This document shows, one piece after another, positions 51,260-62,360 of a stretch of 64,000 nucleotides of DNA. The position numbers and the translations under genes are program-made. The notes below the pieces were generated by a model that saw nothing but the letters and a program-made list of their open reading frames with translations, made no database searches and was not told the DNA's origin. Source of the stretch: a virus (Duplodnaviria; Caudoviricetes). Position 1 is the stretch's first letter. The number at the start of each line of letters is the position of its first letter. Location: the IMG/VR virus record IMGVR_UViG_3300037067_019204, positions 1 to 64,000 of that record, one strand, 5' to 3'.

Positions 51260-51859
51260 TTATTTTTCTTCTTCTTTTGATTCTTCTTCTGGTTCTTTTT
51301 CATCTTCAGATGGTTTTTCGTCCTCAGATGATTTCTCATCTTTGCCTACTTCTTTCTTTCCTTCTTCCAATTCAGTTACTTGTTCTTTATCAATTTCAAG
51401 AAGAAGAGCTTGAAGTTCACCAACATGTGTTTTCTCTTCCTTGGATATATCTAATAGTATCTCTTTTATTCTATCACTACTTGTGACTTCTGACATTTGT
51501 TCATATAAATTAATTGCATCAAGTTCAGCAATAATAGCAAGTCTTAATATTTCTGAATCTTCTAAATTACTATCATTATCTTTTGTATCAACTGGATTTT
51601 TTGCTCTTTCTTTGGGAGTAGGTAGATCTTCTGCAATTTTAATAAGATCGTCAATAGATCCTATCTTTCTAAATTCAACAGATACTCCAGAATGTGCATG
51701 CATATCTTGAAGATGTTTTCGGGCCTTTGATTCGGAAGAATGAGAAGATAATATTTTACCCGTTTCATGACTTACAATTACATAAGGAGCTGATTCTCCT
51801 TTGCTATTCTTATGTCCCGGCATATGTTTTACAAAAGATTCTTTTATTCTAGTTTCCAT
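51260..51859 (-). CDS. Ferritin-like/rubrerythrin-fold domain protein
   Basis: LRLAIIAELDAINLYEQ...DISKEEKTHVGEL di-iron motifs. Confidence 0.8.
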   Translation of the reverse strand: METRIKESFVKHMPGHKNSKGESAPYVIVSHETGKILSSHSSESKARKHLQDMHAHSGVSVEFRKIGSIDDLIKIAEDLPTPKERAKNPVDTKDNDSNLEDSEILRLAIIAELDAINLYEQMSEVTSSDRIKEILLDISKEEKTHVGELQALLLEIDKEQVTELEEGKKEVGKDEKSSEDEKPSEDEKEPEEESKEEEK

Positions 51860-53116
51860 AATTAACCTCTTTTAAAGAACTGCAGAATATTTATAATTAA
51901 TATAATCAGCTAAATCTTTCGGTGTTTTGCTAGGATGGAACTCTTTTAGTTGTCTGGTTATTAAAGTATGAAGATAATTAATTATTTCAAGTAATTTAGG
52001 CAAATCATCATTACTACTATTTTGTAGATACAATCTATCATATTCCTTTTCTGCGGATTGACTTTGTTCTATAAGATAATTAAGTTCTTGATCTTCTTCT
52101 AACTCATAAAAATCTATATCTGATTTTTTTATAAGTTCATCCACATCTGAAACTTTACTAAAATCCATAAAATTACTCTTTTTCAAATTTGATTGTCATA
52201 AAATCTTTATTCACTTCAATTTCTATAGATTTAGTATTATCAATAGAATTATCTGTTGCAATTTTTCTTAAAACTTGTTCCACATCAAAGTAATTATCAT
52301 TACTTAATTTCATAACGTTTTTTCCTAAAATAATATTTTGAAAATAATTGTACCCATAACAAACATCCCCAGCATAAGCATAAACAGCAACATCTACTGT
52401 TCCATCAGAATATCTACCGTTACAATACTCCCACTTGCTTCCTAATAATTCAAAAGGAACTTCATCTCCTCTTGATCCAACATATTCAACATACATGTCA
52501 TCCTTTTCAGATGCTTTTTTTCTTGATTCAGACAGTGGGCCTGATTTTTCAGGGCCATGCGCCTTTGTTGGCTTATCTAAATATTGTTTTGGAATTTTAT
52601 CTAAAATGGTTCTCATTATATATTCTTTACTTTTTCCTTGTTCTTTTCCAGATTGTTCTATTGCTTTTATTTTATCTATAACACTTTGGGGTGCACCTTT
52701 AGATTTTAATCTTTTTACCCATTGGGTTACAGAAAGACCTGCTTGTTTTTCCATCACATTACCCCTGTTTTCATTATGAAATATTTTTTTATTGTCAATA
52801 GGTTGAAATTGTGTTTTTTCGTTTGGTTCTTGTTCCTCTTCTGTATAAAAAGGATCATATGGTTCAGAACCTGATTCATAACTTTCTCTTAATAAATCAA
52901 TATAGCGGAAGTATCGTCCGGGGGTATGGTATTTAGAACCAAAAGCATTTCCCATCATTTTAAACTCATCTAATCCTAATACAAAAGGATTTGTACCTTC
53001 ATTAATTAAATGATCATAAAAATTAATTTCTTCTTTCCAGTTTGGTCTGTTCCCAAACACACTTTCAAGAAGCTCTTCTGTTATAGTAAAATATTGAGAA
53101 TCTGCTTTTCTATGCA

Positions 53117-56100
53117 TTATAGTTCCTCAAATGAATCACGAATGCTTTTATCAAGAAAATGAGGATAATCTACCCACATTCTTACATTTCCTCTAAAAAT
53201 CTGCATTTGATCGGTTTCATTTGAGTTAATACATTTACCTTCTGAATCCCACATCTTACCTGTTCTTAATTTATAATCTAGATCTTGGTTTTTACTAGTT
53301 ATTTCACTAATTTTATAACCCCTTGGATTATCTATATCAGAAGATATAGGTTCAATATAGCTAAATATTTTATAAGTTTGTAATTCTTCAGCCGTTAAAT
53401 CACAATTAACTTGTTTAAAAGCTTTTTTAATAGATTTTTCTATATCACTATCTACAAGATTTATGTAACGAAGAAGACTTTCAGTTATAGAGTTATCTTC
53501 CATTCCAATCCAATTAGAAATATAAAGTTTTTTATTTTCCTCAAAAACAGGAACTTTACCACGTTTTTGTATCTTTTCATAATCTAAGGAATTTTTAACC
53601 AACATACTTTGTGATTCTTTTGGAGAAACATCAGCATATTTCTTTTTTAATCGTTCCATTTCGCTTGTTTCCCATTCTGGGAGATCTATAATATCTTTTA
53701 TAAAAACTATGTCTGAATATTTCTTTTTTAGTACTTTACCAAGTTTTGTTAAAAAACGAAAAACATGATCTGAATATTCTACAGGACAATTAGATACATT
53801 AATACCATTAACTGAATAATTAGAATAACGTTGAATATGAGGATCAACATTATTACCAAATTCCTCATCATCAAATCCTTCTATACAAGGATAGAAAATT
53901 GCTATCTCATCTTTAGGAGAAATAAGTGGATTTAAATTTCTACCTTTACTCAATAAATCGATTACACTATATTGAATACCATCATTTGAAATAACATTAC
54001 TCACTTTAACAGTATAAATACCCTGTTCTTGAAAACCTTTTAATTGACCGTAATCAAAACAAGTACTTCCTAAATTTCGTATATGTTTAAATATGGATTT
54101 TTTATCTAAATCTTGAATGGTTACAAAAGACTTCATCCAATCATCAAATTCTTTTGTAAGAATTAAATCTGAATAATCTGTTATATTATCATTAGATGCA
54201 AAGTATTCTCTATAAACAGGATAGAAATTAGTTGTATTGTAAGAAAATAATTTTCCTTGTTTATATAAATCATTAAGAAGTTTATTTAAATTATCTGATT
54301 CTTCATTTATGCCAGCTACAAAATTACCATTATATTTTTTATCAATAGCACTTAATTTATTATTAAGATTGATAAGGGTTAATCTAACCTCAGAAGGTAT
54401 AAAAGATGATTCAATATTTTTAAACCATGTATTATCATCTACAGGATTAATCATTTTTGAAACTGAATTATAATATTCATTTTCATTAGGATATAAATCT
54501 TCTGGTTTTATTTTTTGTGCCTGATGTGCAGGATCAAGTTCTTCAGCACCTGCTTTAACAAATTCTTGTGCTTCTGGATTATCTATAGTTGTTTCTTCTT
54601 TTTTAACTTCTTGTGGTATTTCTGCATTTTTACCAAACTTAAATTTGTCTTTTATCTTTGCAGTAATACCAGCGGCTCCACTGGAGGGGGCAGGACCCGG
54701 AGAAGATAAAACTGGATGAATATATTCACCTATTTTTTGTTCTAACTCTTTTCCTTTTCTTTTATTCTCTAACTCTTCTTCCAAACTCATTCCACAAAAC
54801 TGAAGTAAAGAAATAGCAGAAATTGGTCCTTTTCCTTGTGCATAAACATTATTCATAAAAGCAATAAAAGCTTGATCATCCCTCATCATAAATTTTTTAT
54901 GCCAAACTATCTTTGGCATAATTAATCGTTCTTCTTGTTCTTTTCCAGTTCTTTTTACTCTAAACTGACCAACTAATTCTCTCTTATCTCTTTTATACCA
55001 TTCATTGCGCTCTGCCATAACTCTAAAGAATTTATCTCTTAAAAAGATAGATTCATAAAGATCACGTTTAAACTTATATCGAGCTAATTGCATTTGAAGA
55101 GCAACATTAGCTGAATTGTATGTACCAATATTATTAACTAGGTAGCTATGTGTATCTTCAATAGTTAAATTATATACTTTTTCTGTATTTTCTATTTTAG
55201 TAATAGACTTTACCATTATATATACATAATTGTCATCTACCCACGCTTTTTGCCCTAGAAATTTTTTTGTATCATCAAATACTAGTTTTGAATCCTTTCC
55301 CCAAATTATTTTTGCCAAATCAAAAGCAAATTTTCCATGTATATTAAAACGATATAATGTTTTTCTACCTCTTTTTGAACAATCTTGTATTGTCCAATTA
55401 ACAGGAAAACCTAATTGAGCCAAAATAAGTTCTAATTGATATGCTAAAACTTCAGATGTTGTTGTATAATGAACAGCAAACTGTGAGTGCGGATTTTTAT
55501 TATTTATTCTTTGACAACCATCACCCCTAAACATTCCTTTAATAAGTTCTTGTTTAAGATCAAGAGGCCAAGACATAACTTCTTCTGATAATTGTTTTTT
55601 ATTAGAATATTCTCCTGCATTCTTTTTAAACCATAAAACAATATCTTTAAATTCATTTCTATTAGCTGAACGTAAACGTAATGAATTTGTTTTTTCTTCA
55701 ATTTGTATTATAGGAAGTCCAATTTTATCACATAAATATACTGCTTCTTTTACCAATGTATCTCTTTCTTTAATACCAAAAGTTAAATTTATTCCTGTAA
55801 TTTCTTTTGTAGTATGATGTTTCGAAAAATTACCTTCTGCAACAAAATACCCCAAAAGCAATGCTTGCTCTTTAGTAACTTCTGTTTTAATTTCATTAAA
55901 TTTCCTTGGAATCATTAAATAATCCCAAGGTTTAATTCTGTCTGCAGGTAATCTTAATAAAGGATCATAACCAATAGGAGCACCTTTAGGTTCTTTTGTT
56001 CTTATTGTTGATCTACCACATTCTAGTTTTTGTAATTTTATATCTTTACAATGTTTTGTTGGATGAGCAAAAGATCTTCCTGACTCAATAGGTTTACCAC

Positions 56101-57475
56101 AACCACAAGCACATTCTCTGGGCCATGTCCAAACAGGCCATTGATGGTTTGGAGTACAAATAAACTCTTTTCCACCCCATAATTTTATTTTTAATAAGCT
56201 GTGTGGTTTTCCACTACTCCAATTATCTATAACTTTTTGTGACTTACCATTTTTATCTATAACAATATCATTTTTTTCTAAATCTTCTATTTTTTTATAA
56301 CCAACGGGGGTTGTTACTTTTGTTCCTTTAGAGAAACATGCATAACCCTGCTCCCCTGTCAAAAAACCTTTCCCCACCCCAAGTGCAACCATTTTTCTCT
56401 CATCAATAATTGAAAACTCTTTATCAAGTTTCATTACTTTATCTGCAACAGTAACTGTTTCAACATTTAACCCATAGTGATAAATCAAACTGAAGTTTGG
56501 ATCAAATGTTGCTTGTTGAAGCATTTGAGCCAATGCACGTTGATGTGTTTCATTAGGAATCCAACCTTTTTGTGGATCACCAAGTTTAAAAATTCTTAAT
56601 GGATATACGAAATTATCGGCAATTGTTATTTGACTTTCCCTCAGTTTATCCTCATACATTAAAGTCCTAAACAATCTCTGAATAATACTTGTTCCACGTA
56701 CATCAGTAGGATTACTTCTACGGGCAATATGTACAACTTCATCAGGATTAAGACTAATATTCTTACCAGTTAAAACACGTCTAAATATATGATCAGGTAA
56801 TCTGCTTTTTAATTGTTGGTCTTCTGGTTTTGTAGAATGAACAAGTTTTTTTAATTCATCATCTGGAACCAATTCAATTGAACATTCTTGGTCTGCAAAA
56901 GGTGTAAATCGTACTTCTACAAAATCAGGATTATGAATAACAATGTGATTCCACATTCCTAAATTACTATCCCAGTTAAGGTTAACAATAACTTCACCTA
57001 TTTTTAAAAACTCCAAATCTATTTGGGATAGTCTTGTAAATAAATGTGTTCTATCAATACAATCATGTATTTGTCTACGAATATAAGGATCATCAACAAA
57101 AAATTCTGCTTTTGAGTGAGCTAATTCAACATGCGCATCAAGGACAGCACCAATAAGCTCATCATGATCATAAAACCAACGACACCATCTATTTTTTTGT
57201 TTTGTTGTTCGTGGGAGGTATATTGCTGTGGTAGTTATTTCAGGATCATAAAATCTTCGGGATGGATTTCTAAGTATACTATTACTAGCACCTGTTTGTG
57301 ATATTTGTTGCATTAAAGCATTTCCGGTTAATCCTAATGAATTAATCCCGGATACACCTGTAAAAGTAGCACCTTTTCTATCTAAAAACTCAGGATTTGC
57401 CTCAAATGAAACAGATCGAGGAAGCACATCATAAAAATTACTTCCCGGTGAAGCAGGGCTGAAAATATCATCCAT
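53117..57475 (-). CDS. Portal protein with intein and long C-terminal extension
   Basis: EVVHIARR...RGTSIIQR...PLRIFKLG portal-like segments; position in head cluster. Confidence 0.7.
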   Translation of the reverse strand: MDDIFSPASPGSNFYDVLPRSVSFEANPEFLDRKGATFTGVSGINSLGLTGNALMQQISQTGASNSILRNPSRRFYDPEITTTAIYLPRTTKQKNRWCRWFYDHDELIGAVLDAHVELAHSKAEFFVDDPYIRRQIHDCIDRTHLFTRLSQIDLEFLKIGEVIVNLNWDSNLGMWNHIVIHNPDFVEVRFTPFADQECSIELVPDDELKKLVHSTKPEDQQLKSRLPDHIFRRVLTGKNISLNPDEVVHIARRSNPTDVRGTSIIQRLFRTLMYEDKLRESQITIADNFVYPLRIFKLGDPQKGWIPNETHQRALAQMLQQATFDPNFSLIYHYGLNVETVTVADKVMKLDKEFSIIDERKMVALGVGKGFLTGEQGYACFSKGTKVTTPVGYKKIEDLEKNDIVIDKNGKSQKVIDNWSSGKPHSLLKIKLWGGKEFICTPNHQWPVWTWPRECACGCGKPIESGRSFAHPTKHCKDIKLQKLECGRSTIRTKEPKGAPIGYDPLLRLPADRIKPWDYLMIPRKFNEIKTEVTKEQALLLGYFVAEGNFSKHHTTKEITGINLTFGIKERDTLVKEAVYLCDKIGLPIIQIEEKTNSLRLRSANRNEFKDIVLWFKKNAGEYSNKKQLSEEVMSWPLDLKQELIKGMFRGDGCQRINNKNPHSQFAVHYTTTSEVLAYQLELILAQLGFPVNWTIQDCSKRGRKTLYRFNIHGKFAFDLAKIIWGKDSKLVFDDTKKFLGQKAWVDDNYVYIMVKSITKIENTEKVYNLTIEDTHSYLVNNIGTYNSANVALQMQLARYKFKRDLYESIFLRDKFFRVMAERNEWYKRDKRELVGQFRVKRTGKEQEERLIMPKIVWHKKFMMRDDQAFIAFMNNVYAQGKGPISAISLLQFCGMSLEEELENKRKGKELEQKIGEYIHPVLSSPGPAPSSGAAGITAKIKDKFKFGKNAEIPQEVKKEETTIDNPEAQEFVKAGAEELDPAHQAQKIKPEDLYPNENEYYNSVSKMINPVDDNTWFKNIESSFIPSEVRLTLINLNNKLSAIDKKYNGNFVAGINEESDNLNKLLNDLYKQGKLFSYNTTNFYPVYREYFASNDNITDYSDLILTKEFDDWMKSFVTIQDLDKKSIFKHIRNLGSTCFDYGQLKGFQEQGIYTVKVSNVISNDGIQYSVIDLLSKGRNLNPLISPKDEIAIFYPCIEGFDDEEFGNNVDPHIQRYSNYSVNGINVSNCPVEYSDHVFRFLTKLGKVLKKKYSDIVFIKDIIDLPEWETSEMERLKKKYADVSPKESQSMLVKNSLDYEKIQKRGKVPVFEENKKLYISNWIGMEDNSITESLLRYINLVDSDIEKSIKKAFKQVNCDLTAEELQTYKIFSYIEPISSDIDNPRGYKISEITSKNQDLDYKLRTGKMWDSEGKCINSNETDQMQIFRGNVRMWVDYPHFLDKSIRDSFEEL
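55115..56338 (-). mobile_element. Intein (408 aa) with LAGLIDADG endonuclease
   Basis: Starts A|CFSKGT, TPNH block B, LLGYFVAEG and KGMFRGDG, VYNLTIEDTHSY...TYN|S. Confidence 0.9.
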
Positions 57476-58664
57476 TTAATTAATAAACCTCTATTATACT
57501 TTATGTAACACTGTACCAAATTTGTCCAGCATTTTTTTTGTACCAGATAATGTTATTTCTATATCTGACCTTTGACCAGTAAAAGATAAGGAATCTTCCC
57601 CAACATCTCTTGAAAACAAAAGATATGTATAATATGACATATAAATAAGTGCATTTAAATTATCTAATACATCAAAGTTTATACCTGCAAAATTCTGTAA
57701 AGAAAGTACTTGTCCAAATTCATTTTTATTTGTTCCTACATACCCAGAAAATAAGTTTTGCCTATTTGAGCCACCTGTAGTTCCTAATGAACTTTTTAAT
57801 AAACTTATAAAATTACGACCTTGTGATAAATCATTAATAGCCACTTGAATTCTTGCTGCCCCACGTTCAGTTTTAACATAAAGTCCTTTAAATAAAGAAC
57901 TACCACTACCTTTTCCTTTTAAACTTTTAGATAAAGTTTTCATAGATGTTCCTTGCTCTCTTTGCTTACTACCAACATCTGTCATCCAACCACCTGACTC
58001 ACCTTTACCTAAAGGAGGTATTGAAGATTCATTATAATCAGGATTCCACCCCGATAATACTCTCGAATATATTTCTATCTTATTATCATATTCTGTTTTA
58101 AGAATAGACACTCTTTGTGAAGAAAGTCTCTGTTCTTGTCCATAATATTTAGTAACCTTATCAATAAAATCATTTCTTTGTTCTGGGGAAGCATTTTCCA
58201 TTGTGGCTGCTTCTTCTTTAATTCTTTGAGCCATAGTATAAACTCTATCATAAGCATAATCCACAACAGAAGAATCATCTATAGGAGCAGAGGTTTCGGT
58301 TATGTCCTCTAATACAGCAGCCTCTTCTTCTGTAAGAGGAGCACTCCCCTCTTCTAATTCAGGTTCCGTACTTAATTCTTCAGTAGGAGATTCTGTGATA
58401 GTTTCCTGTGGAGTAATCTGGTTCTGTTCTTCTTCAAGAATGGCAAATTTCTTTAAAAGTACAGAAATATTAGCACAAGTACCCTCTCTTGATCTTAAGA
58501 TAACAATTGGCTTAAGAGGATTTTCAGAAACACTAACATCTAACCCTATTTCTTCCCCTATTTCTGCAATTTTATATAAATCAGAAGCATCTTCTACTGT
58601 AATTATAGAATTATTTGTATCTACAGCAATATGTTCAAACATAATAAAAACCTCTTTTAAAATA

Positions 58665-58686
58665 ACGATTTCGGAGCCATAAACGT
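58665..58686 (-). repeat. Dispersed 22-bp motif, copy 4 (1 mismatch)
   Basis: Reverse complement ACGTTTATGGCTCCGAAATCGT. Confidence 0.8.
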
Positions 58687-59887
58687 TTTCTATTACTGGA
58701 TAACGTTTTTGCTTTGTTGAATTTTTTCAAATCTTTCAAATTCTTCTGGAGTAAGAACATCTCTGGCAGTAAGACGAGATTGATTAGGCTGTGGTTTAAT
58801 TACAGGTTCAACATCACCAAGTTCTTCAAAACCTTCTGCTCCACCTTTTTCTTCACCAAAGTCATCATCTTCCATAATTGCAAATTTAACAATATCTTTT
58901 CCTTCTGCTGATTTAAAAGTTAGAAATGTATAACCAAGTTCATCTTCAATGATATAATTATCACCTATATATGAATCTATACCTGCTTTTGCTATTTTAT
59001 AAATATCATCCAACTTATCAACAACAATCAAACCACCGTCTTTACTTAATGCTTCAATACGCATAATAATACCTCTTTATTTAATTATCTATTAAGATTT
59101 TAACATCTTATCTAAAATTTCAGCCTCTTTTATAAGCTGTATATTTTCAACATCTTGAGATAAATGCGCAAAAATATCATCTATTGGCTCAGATGTATCA
59201 ATTTTACTAATAGTTTTTGAATCAAAATCAAAAATATCATTTCCTATTTTTACTTTAACTAGATCATCTTTATCTACAGATATAATTTCTCCTAAAACGG
59301 AGGAACTCATAATATGAACCGTGTCAGAAACATCTTGTGTTGTGTCTAAAACAAATACAATATCACCTTTTTTCAAACTCCGTGAGGAAATATCTACTAT
59401 TTCTTTTTGTATATTACTATTTTTCATAAGAAATACCTCTAAAAAAGAATACTATCCTTTAGTTTGTTCTGGTTTATTAAATACTGCCTTATCAGGATGT
59501 TTAGCATAAAAATCATCAGAAACATCTTGAGATATACGAAGTAAAACATCCACACTATAATCTCCTTCCCCATTTTTCTTAATCATGCATTTTTCAGCAA
59601 TTTTAATTTGATCACTAGGGTATTTTTCCTTAAATATAAAAGATGCAACAGTTTCAAAGGGATGATCAGTTAATAAACCAAACTTACCAATTCCCTTAGA
59701 GGATGTTCTTATATATCTTATAAGATTATTTTCAATAAGATCATTTTGATTTAATGTAACTAGACCTTTTTTGGAATTTATTTTAACAACACTAGACATA
59801 AATAGCTCCTTAAGAGTAAATTATAAAATAAATGATATATACTTTTAAAGGTTTTTTAAGTAAATTTGATATAAAATTTAATAAGTT

Positions 59888-60427
59888 TTATTCTTGTTCA
59901 CTTAAGTTAAGTGGGATATTGCTATATAATTTATTGGTGTGTAGATTTTCTATTTTATTTTTTATAACGTCCTTTTCATAAGGATCTACAGATTTTTTAT
60001 AATCATTTAAAAGATTATATAATCTTTTTCGTCTTATTAGTTTAATAAGAGTTGACACAAGAGTTGAATCAGGTAAAGGTTGAATAATAACAACATAAGT
60101 GTTATGTTTATAGGCTTTTCTCTTAACTCGTAGCAATCGAGTTTCTTTTAATGAGTTTATTCTATTTCTTTGGGTTCTAATTGTGGTTCCTAAAGCATCA
60201 GCAATAAAATCTAAAGAAACAGATACCTCATTAGTTCTATTTTTCCCCATTAATGCCATATTTTGAAGGAAATAGTATGTTTCTTTATCTTGTGGGGTCA
60301 AATTTTTATAGCCAAGAAGCATAAAAGAGCTTTTATTTGTTAATTCTACCAATAAAATCTCATCCAAAAGTCTATTAAATTTTTTAGACTGGCTTTTTGT
60401 TGTTAGCACAAACCAAGGTATTTTCAT
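59888..60427 (-). CDS. Winged-HTH protein, replication-initiator-like
   Basis: SLDFIADALGTTIRTQRNRINSLKETRLL HTH; adjacent to repeat region. Confidence 0.5.
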   Translation of the reverse strand: MKIPWFVLTTKSQSKKFNRLLDEILLVELTNKSSFMLLGYKNLTPQDKETYYFLQNMALMGKNRTNEVSVSLDFIADALGTTIRTQRNRINSLKETRLLRVKRKAYKHNTYVVIIQPLPDSTLVSTLIKLIRRKRLYNLLNDYKKSVDPYEKDVIKNKIENLHTNKLYSNIPLNLSEQE

Positions 60428-60488
60428 AAATCATATATACATTTATAGGTTATGAGTGTCAATAAAAAAATTATGAATAATATAAAAA

Positions 60489-60602
60489 GGAAATGGATTT
60501 CCGAATATAGAGAAGTGCCACTTTGCCATATGCGGAAATCCATTTCCCTCAAAAGTGCCATTTTAGAAGTGCCACTTTGCCATATGCGGAAATCCATTTC
60601 CC
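60489..60602. repeat. Two 38-bp direct repeats plus inverted partial copy; candidate origin
   Basis: AGAAGTGCCACTTTGCCATATGCGGAAATCCATTTCCC at 60511 and 60565; inverted GGAAATGGATTTCCG at 60489. Confidence 0.8.
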
Positions 60603-60901
60603 CCTATATATATCTGTAATATAAAGAATATATATATATGTATTATCTGGGGCACTTTTCAAGTATACAAATTAAGATAGTATCTTAATTTATTTAACTA
60701 TTCTAATAAGTCTATATAATACCTCTTTTGAGTAATTTATTTTGTATATTATAATAAATATATAGATAATAATTATTTTATATAATAAAATAATTAATTT
60801 ACTGATTTTTATTTTTTTATTAATTATAAAAAATTGTTCTTGACTAAGATACCTTTTTCTTAGTATTCTTTGTTATTATATATTATAATAGGAGAAAAAG
60901 T

Positions 60902-61840
60902 ATGGATAGACAAGATATCTCTCTTTCCCAATTGGTTATTGATAAAAATCAACCTCGTAAAATTTTTGATGATAATGCAATGCAATCATTAGAAGATTCT
61001 ATTAAATTCAATGGCGTTGATATACCACTCATTGTTCGTCAAAATTTTGGTGAAAAAACTTATACTATTGTGGATGGTGAAAGGCGTTTTCGTGCAGCTA
61101 CTAATCTTAAACTAAAAGATCTTCCATGTCTTATAGAAGATACTGATAAAGCTGATGAGATTGTTATATTTGAGAAACAACTTCGTATAGATTTTCAAAA
61201 AGAAAAATTATCACCAGATGAGCTGGATGAGGCAATTTTTAAATACTGGGAAATGTTAAATAATCTTCCTGAAGAGGAAGTCTCTCGCTTAATGCCTAAA
61301 TCTGGTGATTGGAAAATTCCATATATGTCTCGTAATACTGGAATGTCTTATACTAGAATAGATATGGCTTTGAAAAGAAAAGATTTTAAAGAGCGTAATA
61401 AAGATTTTCATGAAAGATTGAAAAATACAATTGAAAAATCAAATGATCCTTCAAAAGAAAAAAGATATAATCGTATTATAGAGGAAACAGCTAGAATACC
61501 TAAATTAAAAGATGATGATGAAACACGAAAAAAGATTGTGGATAAATATGTTAAAGAAAACATAGATTCTGATAATACCTCTTTAAGAAAAAAACTTGAT
61601 CGTATTTCTAAACTAGAAAAACCAACCAATAAAGATATTAATAAAATATTGGGGGTTGATCTTCTTGGTGATAAAAAAGACAGTGATGGTGTTAAAGAAT
61701 TTAAACGAATTATGTCTAATGTTCGAGATAATCTTTGTGAAATTAAGGATTTTAAAGAATATTTTGGATTAAATGAAGTACCAAAAGAATTAATTAATGA
61801 ATTCAAATCTCTTCTTAAAGAGATTTCTAGTGAGCTATGA
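60902..61840 (+). CDS. parB: ParB/Srx-domain protein
   Basis: NQPRKIFD...LEDSIK..G...PLIVR...IVDGERRFRA. Confidence 0.85.
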   Translation: MDRQDISLSQLVIDKNQPRKIFDDNAMQSLEDSIKFNGVDIPLIVRQNFGEKTYTIVDGERRFRAATNLKLKDLPCLIEDTDKADEIVIFEKQLRIDFQKEKLSPDELDEAIFKYWEMLNNLPEEEVSRLMPKSGDWKIPYMSRNTGMSYTRIDMALKRKDFKERNKDFHERLKNTIEKSNDPSKEKRYNRIIEETARIPKLKDDDETRKKIVDKYVKENIDSDNTSLRKKLDRISKLEKPTNKDINKILGVDLLGDKKDSDGVKEFKRIMSNVRDNLCEIKDFKEYFGLNEVPKELINEFKSLLKEISSEL

Positions 61841-62360
61841 TATCCTTTCAGAAAAAATCAACACCATATAAAGAAAAATGTTTAGATAAATTTTCATCTA
61901 TTTTAGATGCTGATTTTGTATTAGAATTAGCTGATTTTTATAAGAATAAACTTTATTTTGGTGGTTCTAAACATGGTAATCTATCTTTATCAGATAGACG
62001 TATTAGGCATATGGATACTGTTATTAAAGAATTTGATAGTAATAGAATAAAAGTGGCTATGATGGTAGTATCTGATAATATTAAATATGGGAAAACAGAT
62101 AGTACAACAGTACACCCTAATTATTTTGAAAAAGTTCTTAGAAATCCATCTGTTGATGTTTTAGATAAATTAAATGGGGATAAACAAACAGACTTTATAA
62201 ACTCTATACCTATTCCTAAAGAACGTATTTATAATAATTATGAATTTGAATTTTTAAATTGGGTTTATAATTGCCCTAAATGCAAAGAAGTAGTTGATGG
62301 TTGGACTAAAAAATGTCCTAAATGTAGTATTGTTTTTAATTGGAAGGATATTAAAATAAA

